Positions 29,601-38,572 of a stretch of 64,000 nt of DNA are shown piece after piece; within the stretch, counting starts at the first letter, position 1; each line of letters begins with the position of its first letter. This stretch comes from an uncultured Bacilli bacterium (GTDB lineage Bacteria; Bacillota_I; Bacilli_A; RF39; UBA660). The stretch is from the NCBI GenBank assembly GCA_934131175.1, contig CAKOZD010000007.1:62-64061 (forward strand). Reading direction: 5' to 3'. The notes beneath the pieces are model-generated. The model had not been told where the DNA came from. It saw only the letters and a program-made list of their open reading frames with translations, and did no database searches. The translations under genes and the position numbers were made by a program.

Positions 29601-30210
29601 TGCTGGTCACTTTATTTTTATGAATAAAGAATACTATGAAAAAATATATAATACTAAATATACAACAAATGCATATATGTTTAAATTAAAAGATTCAACT
29701 GTAGAAAATACAAAAAAAGTAAGTGCAGAGTTTATGAATTTAAATATAACAAAAGGAGTAGTTCAAAATACTACTATGTATAATATGGTTAATACTATAG
29801 TAAACTCATTAGATAAAATAATGATAGTTTTAATAGTATTAGCATCCCTTTTAACAGTAGTAATATTATTTAATTTAACAAATATAAATGTTGAAGAAAG
29901 AATAAGAGAATTATCAACAATCAAAGTATTAGGATTTAGAGATAACGAAGTAACAATGTATATCTATAGAGAAACAATAATTTTATCAGAAATTGGAATT
30001 GTAATAGGATGGCTATTTGGAATTGTTCTTCATAATTATATTTTAACAGTAGTTCCACCTGATGAAGTTATGTTTGATCCAAGTGTTTGGATTGGTGCTT
30101 ACATTATTTCATTTATTGTAATTAACATAGTTACATTTATATTAAAATATTATATAAATAAAAAGTTAATTGATGTTGATATGATAGAAGCATTAAAATC
30201 AGTTGACTAA
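26662..30210 (+). CDS. FtsX-family ABC permease (two FtsX modules) with a very long coiled-coil extracytoplasmic insert
   Basis: ATG 26662. TM helices lie at the N-terminus, the middle and the C-terminus. About 400 aa of heptad-like K/E/N/L repeats span ~27.4-28.5 kb. Confidence 0.85.
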   Translation: MKNKTLNKDIKKSITNSFGRFISIMLLMALGSFALIGLSVSGPDMRKTGTNYFNKYNTADITIMSDYGITTTEMNSIKKVSNLREIEYIYLKDVTLKNSTKSYRIFSNTENISTYELVKGKIPTKENEIALDTSNESKYKIGDTISFIEKENEYGEKVLKRTTFKITGFIKSTEILSTLNRGQTTTGTGSLDCYAVVDKKAFSSSVYMMAKLNFKDTKNIDPYTSRYNKKIIKHKKELENILEDNKSIRFDLIKSEYKEKLDSANNKLIDARKELESAKNLLETAKNKIDKAKQEININENKLTNANKELKKAEKELEKNKSDLNNNKSKLQSSKNQLNTAQNNIGLSDKRLELAKEQLDETEKLINEKEEVLNAKNQELVNSEQLLNENKNKLEDSKKELEKNKASYENEINDLNSNINELENKLKDNNLTTAEKKEYESQLSNLKSNLETTKTEYNSFIENVYNPNTTEIEKNLKSIEEQEKDIQNNKILINENLKEIEKSKQELNLKKEDYNNSKNELDLAKEEYNQKVLEYNNALEKIKEADAKILVAESTINSKKSEYQEGVKTLNNAKQELESKESEYYEKLEEYNEKRIDAEKEISDGEEKLNEEQEKYNNLESPVYEVDNRRETPGGEGYKIYETVSNIIDSLSDIFPWFMYFVAALVTLTTMTRFVDEERINMGTLTSLGYSDKDIIKKFVVYGFISASIGTILGVTLGHILIPYIVYNAYGHGFTFPKIELHFYLKETILACILSLLCSVLPAYIVAKNNLKEKPADLLLPKAPVSGSKILLERIKPIWNRLNFTHKVTARNIFRYKKRMLMTIFGVAGASAILFTGFSVQKSVSTINDKQFKEIIKYDMIVALNDTKNNSDLNKFNKLIEKDNIKSYSKVYYDEATKKTGKNNDKQEIKVIVPENNNLNSYIDLRNRKTKNTINLSRNGVVISERLAKAMNVKIGDKFTIEDSKGNKHSIKVTDICEMYAGHFIFMNKEYYEKIYNTKYTTNAYMFKLKDSTVENTKKVSAEFMNLNITKGVVQNTTMYNMVNTIVNSLDKIMIVLIVLASLLTVVILFNLTNINVEERIRELSTIKVLGFRDNEVTMYIYRETIILSEIGIVIGWLFGIVLHNYILTVVPPDEVMFDPSVWIGAYIISFIVINIVTFILKYYINKKLIDVDMIEALKSVD

Positions 30211-30317
30211 AGTATAAATTATATAATAAAAAATAAATATATGACTATTATCTTAGATAAATGATATAATAAGCTTATAAGGATAGTTATTCTTATATGA
30301 AAGGATAAGTGATTTAG

Positions 30318-31049
30318 ATGAATAATAAAAAAGTTGCAATTATAACAGGAGGAGCTAGTGGTATTGGTCTTGCTACTGCAAAGAAATTATTAAGTGAAGA
30401 TATTGCTGTTGCAATAGTAGACTTAAATGACAAAGTAGAAGAAATATCACATGAATTTGGAGAGAACTGTCTTGGTATTAAATGTGACGTATCAAACGAG
30501 GATGATGTTAAAGCATGTGTTTCTAAAGTAGTAGAAAAATTTGGACATATTGATTACTTAGTTGCTAATGCCGGAATCGGAGGAGGTGCTAACAAACCTC
30601 ACGAAGTAGATATTAGTGAATGGAACAAAGTTGTCGCTGTAAATCAAACAGGAATATTCTTAATGAATAAATATGTAATTTGTGAAATGTTAAAAACCGG
30701 TGGAGGTGCAATTGTAAACACATCATCAATGTATGGACTTGTTGGTTCAACAACATCATTTGCATATTCTGCAACAAAAGGAGCAATCACTCAAATGACA
30801 AGATCAATTGCCCTAACTTATGCAAGAGACAACATTAGAGTAAATGCCATCGCCCCAGGATATGTTGACACTCCAATACTTGCAATGGTACCAGATGATA
30901 TCAAACAAGTAATGGCAAATCAATTACCAATAGGTCGTCTTGGAAAAGACGTAGAAATCGCTAATCTAATAAGTTACTTATTAAGTGATAATGCATCATT
31001 TATAACAGGAGCAATAGTACCAATTGATGGAGGATATACTGCTCAATAA
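30318..31049 (+). CDS. short-chain dehydrogenase/reductase
   Basis: TGGASGIG, NAG and YSATK motifs. Confidence 0.85.
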   Translation: MNNKKVAIITGGASGIGLATAKKLLSEDIAVAIVDLNDKVEEISHEFGENCLGIKCDVSNEDDVKACVSKVVEKFGHIDYLVANAGIGGGANKPHEVDISEWNKVVAVNQTGIFLMNKYVICEMLKTGGGAIVNTSSMYGLVGSTTSFAYSATKGAITQMTRSIALTYARDNIRVNAIAPGYVDTPILAMVPDDIKQVMANQLPIGRLGKDVEIANLISYLLSDNASFITGAIVPIDGGYTAQ

Positions 31050-31051
31050 TT

Positions 31052-31079
31052 AAAAGGCTTAGGCCTTTTTTCTTTTTTT
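31052..31079 (+). terminator. rho-independent terminator
   Basis: AAAAGGC-TTAG-GCCTTTT hairpin followed by a T-run. Confidence 0.8.
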
Positions 31080-31143
31080 CTTGACAGATTAAATCACATA
31101 ATCTAAAATACAATACTTGAATAAAAGAAAAAGAGGTTAAATT

Positions 31144-32226
31144 ATGAATAACGAATTAGAAATAATTCTAGAAAGTATATTAGAAAAGGTAAAAAAAGAA
31201 AGTGTATCTCTAAATACAAATCAAAAGAAAATATTAATATATAAAAGTTTGTATGAGTCCCTAACAAATAGACAAGATTTATTAGAAGATAAAGATGAAA
31301 CATTAAAAACTATTTATAAAGCATTTATATATTCAAAAATAACTCCTCCAGTTGGAACAAGTTCATTCTTAGACTATAGTATTTTAGAAAGAAAATCTAT
31401 AAGAAAAATAGATGATAATTTAATAGAAAAAAATTACAGTAAGATACTAAATAGTTACAAAGATTTAGTAAAAGAATTGCACCTAACTTCATCACTAGAT
31501 ATAGCAAATCTTTTTAGTATTCTTTTATGGAATGGATATTTTAGTGAAAATAAAAAATATGTTTATGGTATTGGAAATCGTATGATGGAAGAGAAAAATC
31601 TTCAAAGTCTAATTATGCAAGGACATGGTGCTTGTTTTGAAAATGCAAGAATGTTAAATGACTTCATAAAAACATGTAATAAAAGAAGTTCTATGATAAT
31701 GTGTTACATGGATGGAGAAAATACTAAAATTAATAGACCAAAAGAAGTAAAAATAAAATATGATAATACTGCTCAAACTCTAAGACAAAAGAAAAAACAT
31801 TCCTTAAAAGGATTTTTAGAGGATTTTCTAGTAAAAAATTATAGTGGAAATCATATTATAAATATAATAGAAGACAATGATAAATTAATATTTTATGATG
31901 TAACTAATAACTGTATATTAAGTATTTTAGATGATGAAACAATAAAACTAATAAATGGAGAAGGAAAATATACTATATTTCCATTTACTGCAAGTCAACT
32001 ATTAGGACCATTTACAGACTTTGACTATCTAATAAAATTACTTGGAGATGAAGAATTAACATCAACTTTAACTGAAGAAGAGTTTAAGGAACAATTCAAA
32101 AAAATGCATTCTATGTTTTTAGAAAACAAGCAATTTGCAGATGATATTTATACAGATATTCATAAAAACATTGAAAACATAAATCAAGAAGTAGGAGAAA
32201 AGACATATAAATACTTATATTGTTAA
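31144..32226 (+). CDS. hypothetical protein with transglutaminase-like Cys-His-Asp signature
   Basis: GHGACFENARMLNDF...GNHIINIIE...IFYDVTN. Confidence 0.6.
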   Translation: MNNELEIILESILEKVKKESVSLNTNQKKILIYKSLYESLTNRQDLLEDKDETLKTIYKAFIYSKITPPVGTSSFLDYSILERKSIRKIDDNLIEKNYSKILNSYKDLVKELHLTSSLDIANLFSILLWNGYFSENKKYVYGIGNRMMEEKNLQSLIMQGHGACFENARMLNDFIKTCNKRSSMIMCYMDGENTKINRPKEVKIKYDNTAQTLRQKKKHSLKGFLEDFLVKNYSGNHIINIIEDNDKLIFYDVTNNCILSILDDETIKLINGEGKYTIFPFTASQLLGPFTDFDYLIKLLGDEELTSTLTEEEFKEQFKKMHSMFLENKQFADDIYTDIHKNIENINQEVGEKTYKYLYC

Positions 32227-32256
32227 AAAATAATTAGTAATTTGCTAATTATTTTT
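32227..32256 (+). terminator. rho-independent terminator
   Basis: AAAATAATTAG-loop-CTAATTATTTT hairpin. Confidence 0.7.
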
Positions 32257-32301
32257 AATTTATATATAATAAATTTATAAAAGTTATATATAGGAGAAAA
32301 C

Positions 32302-32658
32302 ATGAAAGAAAACAAAACAAAAGAAGAATTAAATAATTTATTCTTAGAAAAATTAGGAATAACATATAGTGAATTTGAAGAACTAGATTTTGATGTTCAA
32401 CAAGAATTACTAAAAAAGATTAGAAGTAGTAGAAAAATAAAAAATGATGATAAAGTAAGAGTAATGATTGGTAGTGGAGAACACGCAACTTTCATAACAG
32501 TTCCTAAAGGTACAAAAGTAATGCTAAGTGATGGTACTATACATGAGGCTGGTCTTACTTTAGAAGAAGAACAAAAACGTCTTGAAAAAAGAATGGATAA
32601 AGCATTTAGAAAAACGCCATTAGAAAAAATAAAAAGCCTAGTAAAAAAAAGGCAATGA
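32302..32658 (+). CDS. hypothetical protein
   Basis: AGGAGA RBS, 118 aa, no motif recognised. Confidence 0.6.
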   Translation: MKENKTKEELNNLFLEKLGITYSEFEELDFDVQQELLKKIRSSRKIKNDDKVRVMIGSGEHATFITVPKGTKVMLSDGTIHEAGLTLEEEQKRLEKRMDKAFRKTPLEKIKSLVKKRQ

Positions 32659-32701
32659 CATGATATAATAATCTAGAATATATAAAAAAGGAAGTAATAG
32701 T

Positions 32702-33025
32702 ATGTATAAGAATATTGAAAAAAAGCAAATATTAAAATTAAAAGATTTAGTAGAATATCAAGAAGGACAAGTAGTAAGTAAGACATTAGTTCAAAATACT
32801 CTTGTAAGTGTAACAATATTTTCATTTGATAAAGATGAAGAAATATCAACTCATGCTGCTGGAGGAGATGCCATGGTAACAGTTTTAGAAGGAACTGGAA
32901 AATTTACAATAGGTGGAGATTGTTTTATATTAAATGAAGGAGAAACTATAATAATGCCAAAAGATATACCACATGCAGTTTATGGAGAAGAAAAATTTAA
33001 AATGTTACTTGTAGTATCATTTTAA
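32702..33025 (+). CDS. cupin domain protein
   Basis: 107 aa with ISTHAAGGDAMVTVLEGTG...GETIIMPKDIPHAV, which fits the two cupin motifs. Confidence 0.7.
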   Translation: MYKNIEKKQILKLKDLVEYQEGQVVSKTLVQNTLVSVTIFSFDKDEEISTHAAGGDAMVTVLEGTGKFTIGGDCFILNEGETIIMPKDIPHAVYGEEKFKMLLVVSF

Positions 33026-33042
33026 TTAAATAAGATGAATAG

Positions 33043-33771
33043 ATGAATAATTTAAAAGAATATTTAAATAAAACAATAAATATTAATATAGATAAACCAC
33101 TAGGAAGTAAAAATAAAAAGTATCAATACATTTATCCAGTAAACTATGGATATGTAAATAATGAAGGAGTTTTTTCAAACAAAAGAATTAATTGTTACTT
33201 ATTAGGTATATTTGAAGAAGTTTCTAACTACGCAGGTAAATGTATTGCCATAGTTCATAGAATAGATGATAATAACGATAGTCTAATAATTGTACCAGAA
33301 GAAAAAACATATTCTAATAAAGAAATAGATGCCTTAATAGAATTCCAAGAAAAATATTTCAAACATATAATTATAAAAGATGAAATAGAATTTAATTCGC
33401 TTATTCCAGAACTAAGTGTAAAAGATATAAACAAAAGTATAGAGTTTTATAAAACATTAGGTTTTAAAGTTCTTTATGAGAGAAAAGAATCTAAATTTGC
33501 ATTTTTAGAATTAGAAAACAATCAAATAATGATAGAAGAAATAAATGATAATTGGAATGTTGGAAAATTAGAATATCCATATGGTAGAGGTATAAATATA
33601 AGTATGACAATAGACAATGTTTTAGTCTATTATAAAATTCTAGAAGAAAAAAATATAACATTCTTTAAAAAATTAGAAGTACATAAATATAGAGTAGACA
33701 ACACAATCTATGAAGATAAAGAATTTTTAATTCAAGATATCGATGGCTATTTACTAAGATTTAATAATTAA
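33043..33771 (+). CDS. fusion protein: inorganic-pyrophosphatase-like N-domain plus glyoxalase/bleomycin-resistance (VOC) C-domain
   Basis: The N-terminal YPVNYGYVNN block resembles PPase YPxNYGFI, but the Asp cluster is not evident. The C-terminal IPELSVKDINKSIEFYKTLGF resembles a VOC fold. The RBS is weak. Confidence 0.55.
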   Translation: MNNLKEYLNKTININIDKPLGSKNKKYQYIYPVNYGYVNNEGVFSNKRINCYLLGIFEEVSNYAGKCIAIVHRIDDNNDSLIIVPEEKTYSNKEIDALIEFQEKYFKHIIIKDEIEFNSLIPELSVKDINKSIEFYKTLGFKVLYERKESKFAFLELENNQIMIEEINDNWNVGKLEYPYGRGINISMTIDNVLVYYKILEEKNITFFKKLEVHKYRVDNTIYEDKEFLIQDIDGYLLRFNN

Positions 33772-33783
33772 AGGAGGATAAAC

Positions 33784-34218
33784 ATGGAAAATAAATACGA
33801 ATTTTTTATAGCAGGTAGAGCTAGAAATAAAGAAAACATTCTACAAATATGTGCTTTATTTGACAAATATAATATTTCTTATTATTGTTTTTTAAAAAAC
33901 GAAGAAAATTGGGGATATGGAAATAAAAATCAGACTCCTGAAGAAAAACAAAAAGAGTTTGAATCATTAAATTTAAAAAGTGATATAGTACTTAATTTGT
34001 TTAATAATGATTTAGAAGGTGAAAAAAGTTCAAAGAATTTATTATTAGTTTTACCTGCTGGAAAAGCAGCACATATTGAAGCAGGTATTGCTTATGGTTT
34101 AGGTAAAAAATGTTATGCAATAGGTGAATATGAACAAACAGATACACTTTACAATATATTTGAAAATATTTTTGAAACAACATTCGAATTAGAAAAATTT
34201 TTAAAAGAATATAAATAA
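33784..34218 (+). CDS. nucleoside 2-deoxyribosyltransferase-like (Rossmann-like) protein
   Basis: FFIAGRAR at the N-terminus and AAHIEAGIAYGLGKKCYAIG (an ExGxAxxxGK pattern). Confidence 0.5.
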   Translation: MENKYEFFIAGRARNKENILQICALFDKYNISYYCFLKNEENWGYGNKNQTPEEKQKEFESLNLKSDIVLNLFNNDLEGEKSSKNLLLVLPAGKAAHIEAGIAYGLGKKCYAIGEYEQTDTLYNIFENIFETTFELEKFLKEYK

Positions 34219-34259
34219 TAAATTAGAATAATCTTTTAATTTATAAATAAGGAATAAAA

Positions 34260-35099
34260 ATGAAAAAAATTATCAAAGAAAATTATATTGCAATAACAAT
34301 GTTTCTAATATTTGAAATAGTCGCAATATCTTTATTTATATCTACAAAAAACATATTTTATCTATTTAATTTTACATATATAGGTTTATGTATTACGATA
34401 GGATTAATTTTAACTAATAGAAAAAATAAATATTCAAGAAATTTTGTTCAACTAGGAGTAGGACTTTATATGTTCTTATATCTTGGAATAATATGTAGAG
34501 AAAACATGCAAATAGAAGGATTCTGGTATTATCTATTTTTAGGAGTATTTGAAGCAACAACAATTCACTACTTAATTGCCAAAATATTAGGACCACTTTT
34601 CTTCGGAAGAGGCTGGTGTGGATATGCCTGCTGGACAGGAGCAATACTTGACCTGCTTCCATATAAAAAGCCAAAAAATAAAAGATTAAAAATAGGTTTT
34701 ATTAGATATATTATGTTTATAATTTCACTTTTATTTGTTATGGCACTTTTCATCTTTAAAGTACAAAATATTGAAAAAATTATGTTCTATGCATTTATAA
34801 TTGGAAATATAATTTATTATTTAATTGGAATAATTCTTGGAGTCATATTGAAAGATAATAGAGCTTTCTGTAAATATATTTGTCCGGTTACAATATTCTT
34901 AAAACCTGCAAGTTACTTTTCATATTTAAGAGTAAAATGTGATCACACTAAATGTATTAATTGCAAAAAATGTCTTAATAGTTGTCCAATGAATGTTGAT
35001 ATGTTAGATGATTCCAGAAAAAGATTAAATGGAACTGAATGTATTTTATGTCTAAATTGTATAGAAAACTGCCCTAAAAAAGCACTTGATTTAAAATAA
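34260..35099 (+). CDS. membrane-bound 4Fe-4S ferredoxin-type protein (NapH/MauN-like)
   Basis: Multiple TM helices, with CGYACWTG, CKYICP, CINCKKCLNSCP and CILCLNCIENCP. Confidence 0.75.
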   Translation: MKKIIKENYIAITMFLIFEIVAISLFISTKNIFYLFNFTYIGLCITIGLILTNRKNKYSRNFVQLGVGLYMFLYLGIICRENMQIEGFWYYLFLGVFEATTIHYLIAKILGPLFFGRGWCGYACWTGAILDLLPYKKPKNKRLKIGFIRYIMFIISLLFVMALFIFKVQNIEKIMFYAFIIGNIIYYLIGIILGVILKDNRAFCKYICPVTIFLKPASYFSYLRVKCDHTKCINCKKCLNSCPMNVDMLDDSRKRLNGTECILCLNCIENCPKKALDLK

Positions 35100-35132
35100 A
35101 AACATATCCAAGTAGAAAAAAATAAAGTCATT

Positions 35133-35141
35133 TGTTATAAT
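35133..35141 (+). promoter_or_regulatory. extended -10 promoter element
   Basis: TGtTATAAT lies about 25 nt upstream of the AAGAAGG RBS and ATG at 35164. Confidence 0.55.
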
Positions 35142-35163
35142 AGACGAAGAAAGAAGGCAGATT

Positions 35164-35573
35164 ATGGAAAAAATGAACAAATAATAGATGAAACACAAAC
35201 AGAAAACAAAGTAGAAATAGAACCTCTATTTGAGGAAGAAGTTGACTTTGATACATTTTCAAAATCAGATTTAAGAGTAGTAAAAATAAAAGATTGTGTT
35301 GCAGTACCAAAAAGTAAAAAACTATTACAATTTACATTAGATGATGGTACAAAAAATGAAAGAACAATTTTAAGTGGAATACATGCTTATTATGAACCAG
35401 AAGATTTAATTGGTAAAACAGCAGTTGCAATTTTAAATTTACCACCAAGAAGTATGATGGGAATAGATTCATCTGGTATGTTAATATCAGCAGTACATAC
35501 AGAAAATGGTGAAGAAAAATTAAGTTTACTTTTAGTAGATGATTCAATCCCAGCAGGAGCAAAATTATACTAA
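35164..35573 (+). pseudogene. stand-alone tRNA-binding domain protein (MetRS C-terminal / Trbp111-like), frameshifted in an A6 run
   Basis: AAGAAGG RBS then ATG 35164, which reads MEKMNK-stop. The frame one nucleotide back is open from 35100 to TAA 35571-35573. It encodes ...DFDTFSKSDLRVVKIKDC...LLQFTLDDGTKNERTILSGIHAYYEPEDLIGKTAVAILNLPPRSMMGIDSSGMLISA..., the MetRS C-terminal tRNA-binding fold. That frame has no ATG/GTG/TTG start. Confidence 0.75.
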
Positions 35574-35585
35574 AAAACATTTATA

Positions 35586-35613
35586 AGAAGTCTATAGGTA
35601 GATTTCTTTTTTT
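35586..35613 (+). terminator. rho-independent terminator
   Basis: AGAAGTCTA-TAGG-TAGATTTCT hairpin with one G-U pair, followed by T7. Confidence 0.75.
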
Positions 35614-35640
35614 GACTAAAATAAAGAATAGTAGTATAAT
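35612..35640 (+). promoter_or_regulatory. sigma-A type promoter
   Basis: TTGACT, 17-bp spacer, TATAAT. Confidence 0.75.
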
Positions 35641-35660
35641 ATGGCGCGTGTGGTGATGAT

Positions 35661-36419
35661 ATGGAAATAATAAATCAAGAAGATTTGGACATGATGCTAT
35701 TAGACGTATTAGGTCAAGGGCAAGAAGGAGTTCTTCTACATGATGAGAAAAACGTCTATAAATTTTTTAGAGAAATAACAGATTTATCATTAGCTGAAAA
35801 AGAAAGTAAACTAATAATATTAGATGGAATATTACCAGAAAACTTTACTGGTCCGAAATCATTAATATATAAAAACAATGAATTTAGTGGATATACTATG
35901 GATTATATAAAAGACTCAATAAACTTATTAGAATATTCAATCGGAACCAATACAGATAAAAGCAAAGTTAAAGATATATTATTAAAAGTATCAGACTCAC
36001 TAAAAAAACTTCATAATTTAGATGAAAATATTATAGTAGGAGATTTAAATCCAAGAAACATATTAGTAGATAAAACATATACTCCACATATAATAGATGT
36101 CGATAGTTTTAAAATAAATGGCTATCTTTGTAATTGCTATCCTCTATTTTTAAGAGTATATTTAGGAAACAGAGATATTCATTTTAATATTAGTAAAGAA
36201 ACAGATAAATTATGTCTTGCATTAATAGGAATGGTACTTCCATTTTTTAAAAATCTTGATTCAATAGGAATTGAAGAATATGAAGAAAAGGCAGATAGTA
36301 ATACTTTTTTAAAAGAATTATATCCATATTTTAGATATTTAAAAGAATATGACAAAACAACATTTCCAGATGTTATGTATTTAGATGAAATGGTTAATAA
36401 AACTCTTATAAAAAAATAA
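35661..36419 (+). CDS. small protein-kinase-like fold protein (hypothetical)
   Basis: LGQGQEGVLL (Gly loop), VGDLNPRNILV (catalytic-loop-like) and IIDVDSF (DFG-like). Confidence 0.55.
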   Translation: MEIINQEDLDMMLLDVLGQGQEGVLLHDEKNVYKFFREITDLSLAEKESKLIILDGILPENFTGPKSLIYKNNEFSGYTMDYIKDSINLLEYSIGTNTDKSKVKDILLKVSDSLKKLHNLDENIIVGDLNPRNILVDKTYTPHIIDVDSFKINGYLCNCYPLFLRVYLGNRDIHFNISKETDKLCLALIGMVLPFFKNLDSIGIEEYEEKADSNTFLKELYPYFRYLKEYDKTTFPDVMYLDEMVNKTLIKK

Positions 36420-36479
36420 AATCGATAATTAATAATTATTGATAATAAGTAGAAACTAGTAAAAATATATAATGATTAT

Positions 36480-36512
36480 ATAATGGTATCGTTAAGATAT
36501 CATTATTTTTTT
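36480..36512 (+). terminator. rho-independent terminator
   Basis: ATAATGGTATC-GTTAA-GATATCATTAT hairpin with one G-U pair, followed by T7. Confidence 0.75.
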
Positions 36513-36524
36513 ACAAATAAAGTA

Positions 36525-36547
36525 AATTGTCTAAATATTAGACAATT
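36525..36547. promoter_or_regulatory. perfect 10-3-10 inverted repeat, candidate TetR operator upstream of oleate hydratase
   Basis: AATTGTCTAA-ATA-TTAGACAATT. Confidence 0.6.
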
Positions 36548-36653
36548 ATTACAATTTTATACTTAATTAAACATCATTAAAAAATTGCTTATTGTACATA
36601 ATATTATTGAGAGTATACTGAAAAATGTATATAAATAATAAGGAGGAATAATT

Positions 36654-38453
36654 ATGTATTATGGAGCAGGAACATATGAGGCTTTTGCAAGACCTGAAAA
36701 ACCTGAAGGGGTAGATAGAAAGTCAGCATATATTATAGGAACTGGACTTGCTGGATTATCAGCAGCATTTTATTTAGTTCGTGATGGTCAAATGAAAGGA
36801 GAACATATTCATTTACTTGAAAAACTTGATTTAACTGGTGGATCATGTGATGGAAGAAAAGACATTACTAAAGGATTTTACATGCGTGGTGGAAGAGAGA
36901 TGGATAATCATTTCGAATGTATGTGGGATATGTTTAGAAGTGTTCCATCAATTGAAACACCAAATGTTAGTGTTTTAGATGAATATTATTGGTTAAATAA
37001 ACATGATCCAAATTACTCTTTATGTAGAGCAACAGAAGATTGTGGTAAAGATGCTCATACAGATAAAATGTTTAAATTAGATAAGGAATCTGCTATGGCA
37101 CTTTCTAAATTATTTATTACAAAAGAGGAAGATTTAGAGGATAAGAAAATTGAAGAAGTATTACCAGAATCATTTTGGAGTACTAACTTTTGGCTATATT
37201 GGCAAACGATGTTTGCATTTCAAAAGTGGTCATCTGCATTAGAAATGAAAAGATATTTATGTAGATATGTTCATCATATAGATGGATTACCTGACTTTTC
37301 GGCATTACGTTTTACTAAATATAATCAATATGAATCAATGATTTTGCCACTTCAAAAATACTTGGAAAATCATGGAGTAAAAATAGAATATGGAATCGAT
37401 GTCAAGAATGTTATAATTGAGGACCAAAATAATAGAAAGATTGCTAAACAAATTATCTATGAAAAAGATGGAGAAGAAAATACAATTGATTTAATAGAAG
37501 ACGACTTAGTATTTATTACAAACGGTTGTTGTACTGATACATCTTGTTATGGTGATCAAACAACCCCTCCAGATTTATCAAAAATAAAAAATGGCTGTGG
37601 TGAGTCTTGGGATATGTGGAAAAACATTGCATCACAAGCTAAAAATAATGAGTATGGAAATCCAGAAAAGTTCTGTAGTAATGTAGATAAAACAAATTGG
37701 ATGAGCGCAACAATTGCAACAAGTGATGATGAAATAATTAAATATATCATGGATATTTGTAAAAGAGACCCAAGAAGTGGAAAAGTAACAACAGGAGGAA
37801 TTGTAACTGTAAAAGATAGTACAGAAAACTGGTATTTATCATGGACAATCAATAGACAGCCTCAATTTAAATCTCAAGATAAAAATATGATTTTAGTTTG
37901 GGTATATTCACTTAATACAAATAAAAAAGGAAATTATGTAAAAAAAGCAATGAGAGAATGTACTGGTAATGAAGTATGTGAAGAATGGCTTTATCATATA
38001 GGTTTTCCTAAAGATAAAATAAAAGAGTATGCCAGTGAAAAATGTAATACTACAACTTGTTATATGCCATATATTAATGCCTTCTTCCAACCAAGAAAAA
38101 AAGAAGATAGGCCATTAGTAGTACCAAAAGGAGCAGTTAACTTTGCTTTCTTAGGACAATTTGCAGAAACTCCACGAGATACAATATTTACAACAGAGTA
38201 CTCAATAAGAACAGGAATGGAAGCAGTATATACTCTATTAAATATAGATAGAGCAGTACCAGAAGTATGGGGAAGTAAATATGATGTACGTGAATTACTA
38301 AAAGCCTGTTATTACGCAATAGATAAAAAAAGAATAGATGAAGTTCCACTAACATTTGCAGAAAAACAATTATTAAAAATAGTAAGAAAAAAAATAAAAG
38401 GAACAGACATAGAATTATTATTAGAAGAAAGTGGTTTATTTGACGAAAAGTAA
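36654..38453 (+). CDS. ohyA: oleate hydratase (MCRA family, FAD-dependent)
   Basis: MYYGAGTYEAFARPEKPEGVD...AYIIGTGLAGLSAAFYLVRDG...GGREM, the typical MCRA N-terminus with a GxGxxG motif. Confidence 0.9.
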   Translation: MYYGAGTYEAFARPEKPEGVDRKSAYIIGTGLAGLSAAFYLVRDGQMKGEHIHLLEKLDLTGGSCDGRKDITKGFYMRGGREMDNHFECMWDMFRSVPSIETPNVSVLDEYYWLNKHDPNYSLCRATEDCGKDAHTDKMFKLDKESAMALSKLFITKEEDLEDKKIEEVLPESFWSTNFWLYWQTMFAFQKWSSALEMKRYLCRYVHHIDGLPDFSALRFTKYNQYESMILPLQKYLENHGVKIEYGIDVKNVIIEDQNNRKIAKQIIYEKDGEENTIDLIEDDLVFITNGCCTDTSCYGDQTTPPDLSKIKNGCGESWDMWKNIASQAKNNEYGNPEKFCSNVDKTNWMSATIATSDDEIIKYIMDICKRDPRSGKVTTGGIVTVKDSTENWYLSWTINRQPQFKSQDKNMILVWVYSLNTNKKGNYVKKAMRECTGNEVCEEWLYHIGFPKDKIKEYASEKCNTTTCYMPYINAFFQPRKKEDRPLVVPKGAVNFAFLGQFAETPRDTIFTTEYSIRTGMEAVYTLLNIDRAVPEVWGSKYDVRELLKACYYAIDKKRIDEVPLTFAEKQLLKIVRKKIKGTDIELLLEESGLFDEK

Positions 38454-38526
38454 ATCACTTTTCTTATCTTTAAAGCAACATTAAAAGTAAAATAGTAGTA
38501 TTTAATTTAAGTATAATTAGGAAAAC

Positions 38527-38555
38527 TTGTCCCCAATAACTTTTTAAAGTATAAT
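38527..38555 (+). promoter_or_regulatory. sigma-A type promoter
   Basis: TTGTCC, 17-bp spacer, TATAAT. Confidence 0.6.
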
Positions 38556-38572
38556 AAATTAGGTGATTTAAT

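Noticed and set aside
35128-35580. Two minus-strand ORFs (35128-35310 and 35332-35580) listed in the track.
   Set aside because: They are antisense to a clearly recognisable plus-strand MetRS-C-terminal-type tRNA-binding domain. Their products are L/F/H-rich nonsense and they have no RBS.
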